A stretch of 64,000 nt of DNA from contig NC_069002.1 in assembly GCF_001194135.2 (NCBI RefSeq), forward strand, positions 23,808,633 through 23,872,632, written 5' to 3'. Positions 38,960 to 52,603 of the stretch are shown here, in pieces. The DNA comes from Octopus bimaculoides (lineage: Eukaryota). Both the position numbers and the translations under genes were made by a program. The first letter of the stretch is position 1; every line of letters begins with the position of its first letter. The notes beneath the pieces were generated by a model. The model was given only the letters and a program-made list of their open reading frames with translations. It was not told the origin of the DNA and ran no database searches.

Positions 38960-39930
38960 AAATAAATTTATTCAAGAATTATTTCTTGCTTTGCAGAATG
39001 CATTAGATACCCCAACATCTTTATGTAAAAGGCCCCATGTTGTTCTGCTGTTATTTCTCCAAACTTATTTTCTATAAGTGTCGTAAGACCTACTTCGTTA
39101 ATAGCACCCCTAACTGTCTGAAGATTTGGAAGGAGCTACGTAAAATATTTGATATCTTCCATCTTATTCCCCTTTTCTCAGACCAATAGGAAATATTTTC
39201 TGTTTGGAAGAATTTTGTTTTAGGTAGCTCCTTCCAAATCTTCAGACAACCCCCTGTAGTGGTGAATTCTGGCATTATCCATAATAAATACTAGATTTCT
39301 TATGCTTTTTCTAAACAAGTTGCCTTTAACTCTTGGAGAGATCTCTTAAAATCTTTACCCTTTACTACCCTCTCATGGATTTTATGGTATCTCCTACCTT
39401 GTTTATTCATGGCCACTACAACAGAAATGTTTCTGCTTTGTGCAACAGATATAGATACATATGCTGATTGCCCGCTCCTATTACGATATCTGTTTGCTCC
39501 TGTTGCCACCGAAAACCCTGCTAAAAAGACAAAGTTCTTATCATCATTATCTGCTTCAAAATTCTGATAGGCATTGACATGCCTCACTGAGTTCAATTGT
39601 GCTTTGACAATTTCTTCGCTCAGGAGTGAAATTGACCCTTTTTAAAGTATAATGAGACTGACAAAGGTTTCTATCAATAGTGATTATTGATACGTGATTG
39701 CCAAACATCTCCAAGACCCAATTAGAAAGGTTTCTTTAGAGTGCTAGTACAGTTTTGGTCTACATGGGTGAGCAATTGTTCTTTAACCTCTGAATTAAGT
39801 TTAGAACACTTGTCACCTCTGCGCTTCAAAGGGAATACACCACCAGTTTTCAGGTATCGTTTTACAATATTGTTAACTGTTTGGTACTTTTTCCCATACA
39901 TAGAAGCTATATTGGAAACTGAATAGCTCG
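38960..39930 (-). mobile_element. IS630/Tc1-type (DDE_3-like) transposase pseudogene
   Basis: HTH KKYQTVNNIVKRYLKTG, then FVFL..GFSV...SRNISVVVAMNK, MDNARIHH, and a NPIEN-like segment. TIRs were not located. Confidence 0.75.
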
Positions 39931-39934
39931 CCAA

Positions 39935-40130
39935 TGTTTTTGTGCTACTTGTGTGTTGTCGGCATAGCTGGTGAGTGTGGCTGTCTGATGTAACTGATGG
40001 CATGTCTGAAAAAGCCACCATGCACAACAGTGGCATCAATGCAGTTCCTTGAGACACCCCATTTTTTATTACTGTCTCCTTGGAGAGGGCTCCATTGGCT
40101 ACCACCTATATTTATAGGTGAGGTGCACAA
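39935..40130 (-). mobile_element. CR1-like RT fragment
   Basis: VIKNGVSQGTALMPLLCMVAFSDMP resembles the GVPQGTVLGPLLF...SDMP motif. Confidence 0.65.
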
Positions 40131-40559
40131 TGGGAAGTTTTTACTGCTGTTTTGACTTTGAGAAGAAAGCTAAGCAAATGCATTAAAAACCTTTATGTTT
40201 AGGTGGGGCAAAATGAGTAAACCAAGACAAGGTAAATTTGCTATTTCAGTTCTTCTGAATTACATTTGAAAACAGACTCAGACACATCAATATCCATCTT
40301 TAGACATCAGAAAGATCAAAAATGTAACAAAAATTTTAAATATCTACGTCAAATGAGAGAGAATCATGATAAAATGGCACATGGTACAAAACTCGACTAA
40401 ATCAGGAAATTCAGCATAAAATATTCTCTGTAGCTTCTTTATGAGTTAGGTTTCTGTATGAAACTCATGAAATTTTAAGTCACATGAGGCTGAAACAAAC
40501 TGCATTAAGGAATAATAATAATAGTAATACAACAAATATTCTGCTTAGTACCACAGATT

Positions 40560-40975
40560 TACTTGTTAGTTGCTTGACCTTAACCAGTTGAGAATGTTCC
40601 TTAGTGGATGATGATATATGCATCTCTGGTCATGAGCAGAAGTAGTGGAGAAGCATCATAGCCTTGTGTTGTGAGGAATTCTTTGGGGTCTGGATAATTC
40701 ACCTCTGGAAATATGAGTGTTTCATTCAACATCCTTAAACAGCCCTTATTCAGGGACCTTTTGAGTGGGATGGGCTACTCAACCTGAAGAAAATTCTAAC
40801 TGGGCCCCACCTGCAAGGTCATGTGCTATTTATCTTGAAATGAGATCACCATGTCGTGCACATATGGTTGTGATGCATGTGCCTGGTGTACCCTTATCAG
40901 ACAGGTAGCCATCAGACAGGTATATTTGTACCCCAGTGTCACTCTGATGCCATGCACTGCTGAAAACAAAAATAA
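40560..40975 (+). repeat. Unclassified interspersed repeat (second copy at about 56355-56665)
   Basis: ttgaccttaaccagttgag...gagcagaagtagtgg...cagggacctttt...ccccacctgcaaggtcatg is present at both loci. Confidence 0.8.
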
Positions 40976-41282
40976 TAGTACACACACACACACAAACAAA
41001 CACACAAAGGGTTTCTTCACTATCTATCTGCCAATTTCATTCACAAGGAATTTGTCAAGCCATTGCTATAGAAAAGGGTGCCAACCAGCACTGGTCGCAC
41101 ATGGTTTTCGAGCAAACTTTTCAAACACAAAACAGTGCATGTGTGTGCAAAGTACAGGGAGTGCTATTTTCAACTAAAAACATTTTGCAGCCATGTGGTT
41201 GAGAGAGGGTCTTCTACTATAGCCAGGGTGACTAGTGCATTGTGAGTGAATTTGATAGATGGAAATTGTGTGGAAGCTCATC

Positions 41283-41324
<42 letters not shown>

Positions 41325-41592
41325 GTGTGTGTGTGTTAGAGAGAGAGAAAGTGAGAGAGTTTGTGTTTGCATTTGTCCCCCCCCCCACCTCTTGACAACT
41401 GGTGTTCATTTGTTTTCATGCATGTAACTTAGTGGGTGAATAAAAGAGACTGATAGAATAAGCACCAGATGTAAAATTAAGTATTCGGGTTGATTTGTTC
41501 AACTATAGAAACCTCTTAAGGAGGTACTCCAGCTTGGCCACAGTTCACTGTCTGAAGCAAAAGTGTTATATATATATATATATATATATATA

Positions 41593-42474
41593 TGCGTGGT
41601 CTGATGAATAAGTATCCGAACTGTTGGCATAGTAACAAAGTGAAAGCATGGAAAGTGAAGCCATATGCCTAAGATTGCATGTGCACTAAGATTTAACGTT
41701 TTAGCTCACTTCTGCCATTTACAGCAGTGCTTGGAAGGAACGTGTGTAGTGTGTCTTCATCGCATTGACCATGACAGAGAGAGCTGAGTAGAGAATCTGC
41801 ATCAAATTTTGCCAAAAGCTTGATGATACATGCTCAGAGGCCTCTGCAAAGTTTTTAAAAAGTTTTCATTGCTCTCAACACGATCAAGGAGACTTTGTGC
41901 AATTGAAACCCAAAGGTCTTTTAGTCAGTTGAAAGCAGTTTTGGCACAAACTCAGCAGACACACATCTCAAACCCAAATCTTCAGTGATAATGGTCTGAA
42001 CTGAGCTGTAACTAATCTGCACATCCTCTGATAACTCAAGGATGGTGATTCGACAATTTCCCCCTCACAGCTGCATGTACATCTGTGATATTTTTCTTAG
42101 TTTTGCTGGTTGTGGGTCTCCTAGAATGTTCGTCAATATGAAAATTTTCGGCCATCTTGAAAACGTCTGAACCACTCATTCACTTGTGTGTGGCTCATAC
42201 ACTCCTCTCCATATACTTTCTGCAACTTTGCATTGATCTCTGAGCAGGTACTGCCATGACAACTTTCTCTGTCATGGTCAATGCGACGATCACTCACAAC
42301 ACATGTTCCTTCCAAGCACTGTTGTAAACAGTGGAAGTGAGCTAGAGCATTAAAACTTAGTGCAGATGCATAACAGAGGTGAATGTCAATGTGTGCGAAC
42401 TGGCTTCATTCTATGTGCTTTAGCATTGTTATTATGGCAACAGTCCAGATAATTATTGATTAGCCCGATGATGA
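41593..42474. mobile_element. Mariner-derived non-autonomous element with long inverted 5' ends, copy 2
   Basis: The left roughly 270 bp is an inverted copy of the right end. The minus strand reads TCSEINAKLQKVYGEECMSHTQVNEWFRRFQDGR...AEFVPKLL. Confidence 0.8.
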
Positions 42475-42939
42475 TATATATATATACACATGCATTTATA
42501 TATAAATACTATACTAACACACACATACATACATATATGTATGTGTGTATGTGTATATATATATATATGTATTTCTTTTTTTATGCTCACAAATGTATGT
42601 ATGCATATAAACATATAAATGTATATGTGAGCTTTAACATGCGCGCGCATGTGTGTATGCTTACATTTCTAATAAGCATCTTTGGAACAATTCACATTCA
42701 ACTCTGTAACTGCTTTCGACCCCTAATTGTTTGTGAGTCACTGTGTGTTCTTCCTTGTAATGAACTCTGCTCCTCATTATACAATGCTGAGAAAGGTTAA
42801 CTGTTGAATTACTAATGAGCTTATATTAATTACATACATTTCCATATTGGATTAAATTCATTGTTGGATTTAGTAGTGAATACGTCAACATTTTAAAGTA
42901 ATGTAGCTATCTGTTAATACTGACTATCTTTCTCTTTCC

Positions 42940-42972
<33 letters not shown>

Positions 42973-43282
42973 TGTCTATCTAATCTATTTATCTCTCACT
43001 TTGGTGTGTGTGCATGCATGCGCATTGTATGTAAAAGCGATCCAATTCTGAGCTGTGTCCTCAGGAAGCACTTCTCTGAATACTGGCTGTCATGTCTGTA
43101 TGCTATAATTTTTGAGACTCGGTCTGTAGAAATGCATATGTATGTATTTTAAAAAGAGTTATGTGTATATATATAGCATGTACCCATTAAAGTCTGTTAC
43201 ACATTCCACCCCCTATTTTATTAATACTGTTACCCCAACTGCCACTACGAAGTTCCTGCAATAAATCTATGGATAACATACA

Positions 43283-43318
<36 letters not shown>

Positions 43319-43339
43319 TATGTAGGTATATAAGTAAAA

Positions 43340-43920
43340 TTGTAGTCATGGCTGATGTTGGTGTCACGTAATTGGCACCTATGTTAGTGGCATGTTAAGA
43401 GTACTATTGGAGCATTGGGCCTCACAGAGGCAAAGTGGTTGAGCTCCTTTGAGCACTGGGCCTCATGGAGGCAAAAGTGGCTGAGTTCCTTTTGAGTGTT
43501 GAGCCTCTCGGAGGCAAAGTGGCCAAGTTCCTTGCAAGTGTTGGGCCTCACAGAGGCAACGTGGTTGAGTTCCTTTCGAGCATTGGGCCTCACAGAGGCA
43601 AAATGACTGAGTTTGTTTTGAGTGTTGGGATTCATGGAGGTACGACTGAGACCTTCGGCTTGAGAAGAAGACCCATCAAATTGAGCAAAATTGTAGTCGT
43701 GGAAGATAATGGTGTCATGCAAACGGCACCCATGCTGGTGGCATGTAAAAGCACCCATTACACTCTCAGAGTGGTTGGCATCAGGAAGGGTATCCAGCCA
43801 TAGAAAACCAGGCCAAATCAGACTAGAGTTTGGTGCAGCCTTCCCACTTACCAGCCTTGGTCAAACCATCTAACCCATGCCAGCATGGACAACAGACATT
43901 AAATGATGATAATGATGATG
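43340..43920 (+). mobile_element. RTE 3'-UTR-derived copy containing a ~42-bp minisatellite (about 6 units)
   Basis: Units resemble gagcattgggcctcacagaggcaaagtggttgagttcctttc. The tail matches 60460-60645. Confidence 0.8.
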
Positions 43921-44061
43921 CTGATATATGTTTGCTGCAGGCTTATTTCAGTTTCTGTCTACCAAATCCTCTCACAAGACTTGTTTAATGTGCCATGTTG
44001 TGGGACTGAACCCAGGACCATCTGGTTGAGAAGCAAACATCTTACCATGAAGCCACATCTG

Positions 44062-44115
<54 letters not shown>

Positions 44116-45030
44116 TATATGTTTATGTGTAGATAAAGATGGGTCTGTGTGTGTACATATATAATTATGCTTATGCATGCCATTACATTTATGTGTGTAT
44201 ACATATATATGCATATATATTTGTATATTTGTATGTATGTATAAATATGTTAATGTTTGGTGTCCATTTCTAAACACTGATATGTACATATATCTATGTG
44301 GGAGGGGGGTTCTAAAATTAATCGTATGTCTGTGAAGATAAATGGTAATTCCCCACTACCCATAAATGAGAATAAAATATATTAACGAATCACAACGTAC
44401 TTTGATATCTGATATGTAGATTTGTCTCTGCCCATTTAGACAGACTTAATGGCAACAAAATTTGCTTTAGTCCCTTCTCAATTTTGATATGAAAAATTTT
44501 CCACATTTGTCATTTTAGAATCTGAGTACTTTATTTGACAAATCTCAACACAACTATTATCTTTGTTGACACCATTATGTTTGTTGCTCTGTCTGAAAGC
44601 CTTTATATAACTAGAGTTTTTTAAAGTTTGTGATGTAATCTCTGATGATTTGATAGTGTAATCAGTATAAAGATTATTTCATTATATAAAATATCATTGT
44701 TAATGAAATACAAATAGGAATGTATTGAATGAACATAAAAAATTATCTCCACATTTGTTTTATATTTATACTCTGTGTTCAAAATATAATGGAATGACGG
44801 TAACAAACTTGGAATAATAATTCATTTGCTCTTTGTATGTGAATTTTTTTAAAAGCATAACCAAATACACGATGTCCTAAACATTGGTTCTGTGTTATCA
44901 TGATCAATAAACTACATCTCAAAAATACCACACACACACACACACATTGTCCTACTCATGCATGCATGGAAGACGGACATTAAATGAAGATATGTGTGTG
45001 TGTATATATATATATATATAGATAGGTAGG

Positions 45031-45063
<33 letters not shown>

Positions 45064-45849
45064 TGATAGATAGATAGATAAATAGATAGATATTCATTAA
45101 TTTGTGCATCCAACCTAAATTGGATGTGTTCACTAATTGCTAGTTTATTCACAACCTGCTAACTTTATGTGGCATCACTGGCAGTTTTGTTTGTGCTATA
45201 CTATATCAGTTTGACTGATTTTCAATCTGGCATTCAGTGCTCAGCTAATGATCCACACTTTATGGTGAAATCATGTGATACTGATGCTGATGAAAGTTTT
45301 AGCATTTGTCCTCCACATGAGATGACTTCTTGAGATGCTCATTGTAGTGTAAGGTATTCTAAACAACACATCCAATGTTGGATGTACTAATTTAGCATTC
45401 ATTACTAAGGCTGGTTCTGTCACTAACAGTATATATTTACAAGCAGGGTTAGACTACCACTACATCTTGCACACAAGTATCCATCTCTGAGGTTGATCAG
45501 ATAAGAGTGAAATCACGTGATAGGTTGGTCTCCAAACTAGGGAATTCTCTCCCTGCATGCAATATACATTGAATGTGAAGTGCACTGAATAACCAGCTGG
45601 AAGAGACATCCACCTGGGGTTAAAACAGCAGTATCGTCTGTTCTTATTGAACACACACTTGTAGGTGGTGATAAACATTACTTTTCAGTATAAATACTGC
45701 TTTTATCTCTATTAGAGATTTTCTTAATGAACTAGTTTGCCCTCCCCCACACACACACCCGCATACACATATCTTCTTGTGCAATCCCTGTAGGTGTTGG
45801 TGGTCATGGACCCATATTCTCCCCTGTTCCAATAGCAACTTAACTTGCT

Positions 45850-46450
45850 ATTGGCCCAGTCTATCTGTAGCCAGTTGGTAAGGCCATTGAGTATCATCTT
45901 CTGCCGTTTGTTTTCCTTGTCTCCTTCTCCTTTTCTCTTTTTCTGTCATCACCAAATGTTCATGGCTTTTTCATCTCATATGGTGTCCTATGAACCGAGC
46001 CTTTTTTCATGTTGCTTCAGAATCTTTCTGGTGGGCTTTGCTCATCTAAGAACCTCAGTAACAGGACACAATCAACATTCTTCTTCAGAATATCTTTGCA
46101 ATATTGTTTGTTACTGTTCCATATCACACAACCATTTGTAAGGATGGATTCTATGCATACCCTAAAGACTTTTTTCCTCACCCTTACTGTTACTTGTTTA
46201 TCAGGCAGTAAGTCTGATCTCACCATTCACAGCATCAACTCTATCCAATCCATGATTGTATTCTTTTGATATTTTTTCAGTCTGATGTATTGATGGTTCC
46301 CAAAGATAACAAAATATTTTGACTTGTTTCAAGATTCTTCCATTAATACTTGTGCTGCTCATTTAGGTAGTTTCTTCGTGACAGACACTTTTTGGTTTTG
46401 CTTCATTATTAAACCTGCAACCCTCTGTCTTTTCACTCATTGCTAAAAAT
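45850..46450 (-). mobile_element. RTE-like LINE 3' remnant
   Basis: VRKKVFRVCIESILTNGCVIW followed by ARFIGHHMR...KRKGEG. Confidence 0.65.
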
Positions 46451-46694
46451 ACTATGTGTTTCTACTGAATTATGAACAACTACAAAGAAAACCTTTAATT
46501 GTCCATTTTACATCTGTTTTTCCATACTGGCATGGGCTGCATGGAGACTTATTTGAGGAAGCATACACACTCATATGATGGATATGTATATATAAATATA
46601 TACATACACACTTTGGAGTCTGGACAGCTTCCTAGGTAGCCACCTCCTGTCAAACCATCCAACCCATGCCAGCACGGACAACAGACATTAAATT

Positions 46695-46725
<31 letters not shown>

Positions 46726-47289
46726 CATACATACACAAGAAAAAATGTTAAAAGTTTGATGTTTCTAGAATCTATTGTCATTCTCTTTTATTGGGGTTGT
46801 TCTTGCTTTTACATGTGTGTGTGTGTGTGTGTGTGTGCATTTATGTGATCATGCATCTATGTGTGTGTGTGTCTGTTAGTGTGTGTGTGTTTATATGTGT
46901 GTGTGTATATATATATACATGTGTATATGTATATATGTGTGTATATACATGCGTGTGTGTGTGTGTGTGTGTGTGCATCAATGTAAGTTTTGATTAATGA
47001 GATGTTAAATGTTTCAGATAAAATTAAATTCTTTACACGGAAAGCAGGAAATTGAATGAAGTTGTTTTGTTTTTCTTTCTTTCTTTCTTTCTGACTCTCA
47101 TTCATTGCAGCTGCTTTCTTTTTTTTTTTTTGCTGCATTTTTTTTTCTATTATTGTTTCTTTCAACTTTGCCCATTGTTTTTACTCATCGCTGGAAGCAG
47201 TAGGGATACACCACAACCACTATAACGTTTAACGTTCAGATAAAATATGCCTGTCTCTGCCTGTCTCACTGTCTTTTAGTTTATTTATC

Positions 47290-47325
<36 letters not shown>

Positions 47326-48844
47326 TTTAACTCATTCCCTTTCATATATATATGTATATATGACTTCTTTTTGTTCTCTAGCTTTCTTGCTATTTCTTTC
47401 TTTCTCTCTGGCTCTTTCTTTTTTATCTTTTTGATTTGCCTGCTTGCTTGCAACTCCATCATGCATACTGGAATGGACATTTCTAGTGAATTGCTCCCAA
47501 GATAACCTCAACAAAGAAAAGAATGACAGCAAAATTTTCCCTCTGACACCAATGATGGAAATGAGTTTTGGTAACTTGATATTTGGTAATGGGTTGTAAC
47601 CAGGAATTATACCCAAGAATCCTTATGGGACTCAAATAGTTGCTTAAAGAAAACCATCAAGAAATACTTTTATAACCCCTGATCTTTTTAGCCCTGACAT
47701 AACTGCTGCTGATACTCCTCCTTCAGTTACTTTGCAATGATACAGGATGAGAAGACTTAGCAACTATTGATTGCAATAGACAACTACAAGAGTCTGCTAT
47801 TAATTACAATCGATGTATCAACCATATTAAATATTTTAAAATTGTTTATAAATTAGGTCTTTCACCTTTATCTTTCACATTTGGTTCTCTGTGTAGTGTG
47901 CAATATTCTCACATGACTTAGAATAGAATGTACCCTCAGTTAAGACCACTTTCTTACTTCCATTATACAAAGTTATAATAAAAAAAAACACTCAACTTGT
48001 TATGCTTTGTCATTTTTTAGTGATACATAAACTGCATTGTTGATTACCTTTTTATCAGATCTCATTAACAATTTTTTGTGCATCTGTAATGTGCTTCATT
48101 GCTTTTGTGCTAAGAATCTTATTTTTTTAACTTTCTGTTTTGCTCTGTCGCAATTCGCTACTACCTTTACAATATTAACATTTACTACGCACAAGACAAA
48201 TGAATTTCTTGTGTTCATTCACATCCAAGGTGATCACATAAGCTGTATCCATTCCTAATGGTTTCTTATATTTCATAGGAACTTGTAATGGCCTGTGTCA
48301 ATAAAAAATCAATCAATATAAGGTTCAGAAGAATGAATGAGTTGATTTGCCATGATGGAGTTTTGAATATATTTCATCATTCATATTTTTCATGTGAGAG
48401 TGACAAAAAGAGAGGGGAAAAAACTGAACTTGAAAGTTGATTTGGTCAAAAGACAGATGGCTAAGTAAAAATGGGTAACATGAAAGGATAAGAAACTAGA
48501 AAAGCAAGGTAAAAAGAAAGTATCAGGAAGTCGAACAGAAAGGTGGATAGGTACAATACCTTAGAAATTGCATTTATAGATGCAGCTGCAGCAATAGATT
48601 TCAGTATTGTAAGGTAGATGGAGGTTACCAGGAAGGAGGACAGGAGCAGCAGCTCAAAGAGTCACACAGAAATATAATGCTACAATGAAAGATTAAAGTG
48701 TTATGGGTGGAGTGAGGTGAGTAGGAAGCTAGACAGGAACAGCATAGCAAAGAATCACATATATACATAGCTATGATAATAAATTAGAGCATTGTGAATG
48801 AGAAGGTGGTGTGGGAACACACATGCAAACACAATTACACACAC

Positions 48845-48855
48845 ACTAACATATA

Positions 48856-48945
<90 letters not shown>

Positions 48946-49092
48946 CATATATACATATATATATACATATATATATATATACATATATATGCATGCATAT
49001 ACATATATATATACATACATATACATATTACACATACACAAATATATATGTGTGTGTGTATAATATATATATACATATATATATATACATAC

Positions 49093-49123
<31 letters not shown>

Positions 49124-49150
49124 CATATATATATACATATACATACATAT
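48845..49150. repeat. (TG)n-(TA)n-(TACA)n microsatellite
   Basis: Direct reading. Confidence 0.95.
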
Positions 49151-49159
49151 GTTGTTGTT

Positions 49160-49450
49160 GTTGGCACTCCGTCGCTTACAACGTTGAGGTTTCCAGTTAA
49201 TCCAATCAACGGAACAGCCTGCTCATGAAATTAATGTGCAAGTGGCTGAGCACTCCACAGACACGTGTACCCTTAACGCAGTTCTCAGGGATATTCAGCG
49301 TGACACAGTGTCACAAGGCTGACCCTTTGAATTACAGGCACAACAGAAACAGGAAGTTAGAGTGAGAAAAAGTTGTGGTGAAAGAGTATAGCAGGGTTCG
49401 CCACCATCCTCTGCTGGAGCCTCATGGAGCTTTAGGTGTTTTCGCTCAAT
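49160..49450 (-). mobile_element. SINE-like interspersed repeat running into a gap
   Basis: GC-richer block ggcactccgtcgcttac...ggagctttaggtgttttcgctcaat, recognised from memory as a common cephalopod repeat; not confirmed within the window. Confidence 0.55.
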
Positions 49451-49868
49451 NNNNNNNNNNNNNNNNNNNNNNNNNNNNNNNNNNNNNNNNNNNNNNNNNN
49501 NNNNNNNNNNNNNNNNNNNNNNNNNNNNNNNNNNNNNNNNNNNNNNNNNNNNNNNNNNNNNNNNNNNNNNNNNNNNNNNNNNNNNNNNNNNNNNNNNNNN
49601 NNNNNNNNNNNNNNNNNNNNNNNNNNNNNNNNNNNNNNNNNNNNNNNNNNNNNNNNNNNNNNNNNNNNNNNNNNNNNNNNNNNNNNNNNNNNNNNNNNNN
49701 NNNNNNNNNNNNNNNNNNNNNNNNNNNNNNNNNNNNNNNNNNNNNNNNNNNNNNNNNNNNNNNNNNNNNNNNNNNNNNNNNNNNNNNNNNNNNNNNNNNN
49801 NNNNNNNNNNNNNNNNNNNNNNNNNNNNNNNNNNNNNNNNNNNNNNNNNNNNNNNNNNNNNNNNNNNN

Positions 49869-50693
49869 TTGACATTTGGTGCATGAGAGAGTTTGATGCA
49901 GCTGCTCTCATTTGCGCCTCCTGCCGTGAAGTTGGTTCATCTGGGACACCTGACAGGAAGAGGTCCAGCCTTGTCTTGAAGACATCTACATCCACCGCAT
50001 GCAGGTCTCTCAGGTCCTTCGGGAGGATATTGAAGAGCTGTGGACCTTTGAAGCCCAGGCTATTGCAGTATTTTGTCCTACATCCTGATGGCAAATTTGG
50101 AGTCCTTGGCACTATGCAATGGCGTCCAGTTCTTTTATTTGTGTAACTTTCGATGCCAAAGTTTGGGACAGTACCTTTGAGGATCTTCCAGATGTATATT
50201 ATGGCATATCTTTCTCGTCTACTCTCTAAGGAATAGAGTCTTAATCTCTTGAGTCTTTCCCAATAGCTTTTATGCTGCATAGAGGCTATCTTCCTCGTGT
50301 AGCTTCGTTGGATTGCCTCAAGTTCTGAGATTAATTTGACACTGGCTGGTGACCATAGCTGAGAGCAATAGTCAAAGTGGCTTAGAACAAGTGTCTTCCA
50401 GAGCACCATCATGGTTTCCTGATCTCTTGTTCTAAAAGTCCTTAGAATCCATCCGGTCAGTCGCCTGCATTTCATTGACAATTTAGCAACATGAACATGA
50501 AAGGATGCATTATTACTCATGTAGATGCCCAGGTCTCGCACTGTCTCTGCCTCTGGGATTGCAGTCCCTCCAGGTCCAGTGTATTTAAAGGGTTCTGCAT
50601 TTAGTCTTGCATGCTGATAGCATAAGGCATAAAACTTTTCAGCATTAAACTGCATGTTATTCTTTTCAGCCCACTTGTATATTTCATCATACT
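49869..50693 (-). mobile_element. CR1-clade LINE, 5'-truncated, RT C-terminus still open
   Basis: WAEKNNMQFNAEKF...VRDLGIYM...LVLSHFDYCSQLWSP...LEAIQRSYTR...YWERLKRLRLYSLESRRER. Confidence 0.92.
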
Positions 50694-51707
50694 AATGCAG
50701 TATATGGGGATCGGACAACAAGTATAAGCCAGTGTCAACAGTGGTTCCTGAAATTCCAAGCCAGAAATTACAGCCTAGAAGACGAGCCTCATCCTGGAAG
50801 ATCTGTAGAGCTCAATGAGGACGTCCTGCAAGCCCTGGTGGAACAGAACCCCATTGTAACTTTTGAGGAACTAACAGAGAAGCTTGGATTTGGTCATTCA
50901 ACCATTCACCAAAACCTGTGTGCCACTGGAAAAGCAAATTGGGTCAATGAGTTCCTCACAAACTTTCCGAGTATAATCACATGCAGAGAGTGAATGCGTG
51001 CTCTTCTTTGCTGCCATGTCTCATGAATGAACCTTTTTTGAACTGAATAGTAGCTGGTGATGAGAAATGAGTTCTCTATAAAAATGTCAAGTGCCAAAGA
51101 CAGTGTGTAGAGAAAGGAGAAACACTGGCACCCAGGCTAAAGAAGGTCTTCACCCATGTAAGGTGTTGTTATCTGTTTGATGGGATATGAAAAGTTTAGT
51201 CCACTTTGAACTTTTAAACCCAACAAAATGATAAACAAAGGAGATCTACTGCAAGCAATTGAGCAGCTTAAGTCAGCATTAGAAGAAGTGACCATCTTTG
51301 GTTTCAAGATGAAAGGTGTTCTGTCAGGATAATGCTTGGCCACATACAGTGAGGATGACATGACATTCAATAGGCTAGAGCAGTTTGAATGGGAAACGAT
51401 GCTCCACCTATCATATTCGTCAGACATTGACCCATCTAATTATCATTTATTCTGCAGTCTTCAGAATCATTTAGACAGAAAAAATATGAATTCTGTAGAT
51501 GAGGTTAGAACAGTACTGGAAAAGTGTATTTCATCACAGACAAGTGAATTTTGGAAGAGGGACCTTTCAAGACTACCAGATAGATGGAAGTGCCTTGTAA
51601 AAAATGAAGGAGAGTATATTCTAAATTCGAAAAGAACTTTGTTTATCTTATTTTTGAAAAATAAAAGAAGTATAAAAAAACCGCATTATTTATGAGATGA
51701 CCCAGTA
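50694..51707 (+). mobile_element. 5'-truncated decayed mariner
   Basis: NAVYGDRTTSISQCQQWF...LEDEP.PGRS, AGDEK, QDNA.PH, and SSDIDPSNYHLFCSLQNHL. The right TIR ends ...ttatttatgagatgacccag-TA. Confidence 0.88.
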
Positions 51708-51727
51708 TATATATGTACATACAATGA

Positions 51728-52047
51728 GATGGAGCATGGCTCACTGGTTAGAGCATCGGGCTCACAATCATGAGGTAGTGATTCCTGGACCCGGCTATAT
51801 CTTGTGTTCTTAAACAAGACTCTCTATTTCACACTGCTCCATTTCACTCAGCTGTAGAAATGAGTTGTGACATCACTGGTATCAGCCTTTGCCTTTCCCT
51901 TGGATAACATTGGTGGCATGGAGAAGGGAGATTGGTATTCATGGGCAACTGCTAGTCTCCCATAAATAACCTTGCCCAGACTTGTGCCTTGGAGGGGAAC
52001 TTTTTAGGTGCAATCTTATGGTCATTCATGACCAAAGGGGGTCATCC
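51728..52047 (+). mobile_element. tRNA-derived SINE (another family)
   Basis: A-box-like tggctcactggttagagc and tRNA-like gggctcacaatcatgagg, followed by a (TACA)n tail. Confidence 0.6.
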
Positions 52048-52098
52048 ACATACATACATACATACATACATACATACATACAAGATCTAGTTAAATAC

Positions 52099-52603
52099 AA
52101 ATACTTTTGCACATCTCACACAAATACTTTTGCACATCTCACACAAATACTTTTGCACATCTCACACAAATACTTTTGCACATCTCACACAAATACTTTT
52201 GCACATCTCACACAAATACTTTTGCACATCTCACACAANNNNNNNNNNNNNNNNNNNNNNNNNNNNNNNNNNNNNNNNNNNNNNNNNNNNNNNNNNNNNN
52301 NNNNNNNNNNNNNNNNNNNNNNNNNNNNNNNNNNNNNNNNNNNNNNNNNNNNNNNNNNNNNNNNNNNNNNNNNNNNNNNNNNNNNNNNNNNNNNNNNNNN
52401 NNNNNNNNNNNNNNNNNNNNNNNNNNNNNNNNNNNNNNNNNNNNNNNNNNNNNNNCATCTCACACAAATACTTTTGCACATCTCACACAAATACTTTTGC
52501 ACATCTCACACAAATACTTTTGCACATCTCACACAAATACTTTTGCACATCTCACACAAATACTTTTGCACATCTCACACAAATACTTTTGCACACCTCA
52601 CAC
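52099..52603. repeat. Homogeneous 23-bp minisatellite aaatacttttgcacatctcacac spanning a gap
   Basis: About 6 identical units on each side of the N-gap. Confidence 0.95.

Noticed and set aside
43384-43803. ORFs with a 14-aa periodic repeat on both strands
   Set aside because: A by-product of the ~42-bp minisatellite in an RTE-derived UTR.
52099-52603. CRISPR-like regular repeat
   Set aside because: Units are contiguous with no spacers, there are no cas genes, and the context is eukaryotic.
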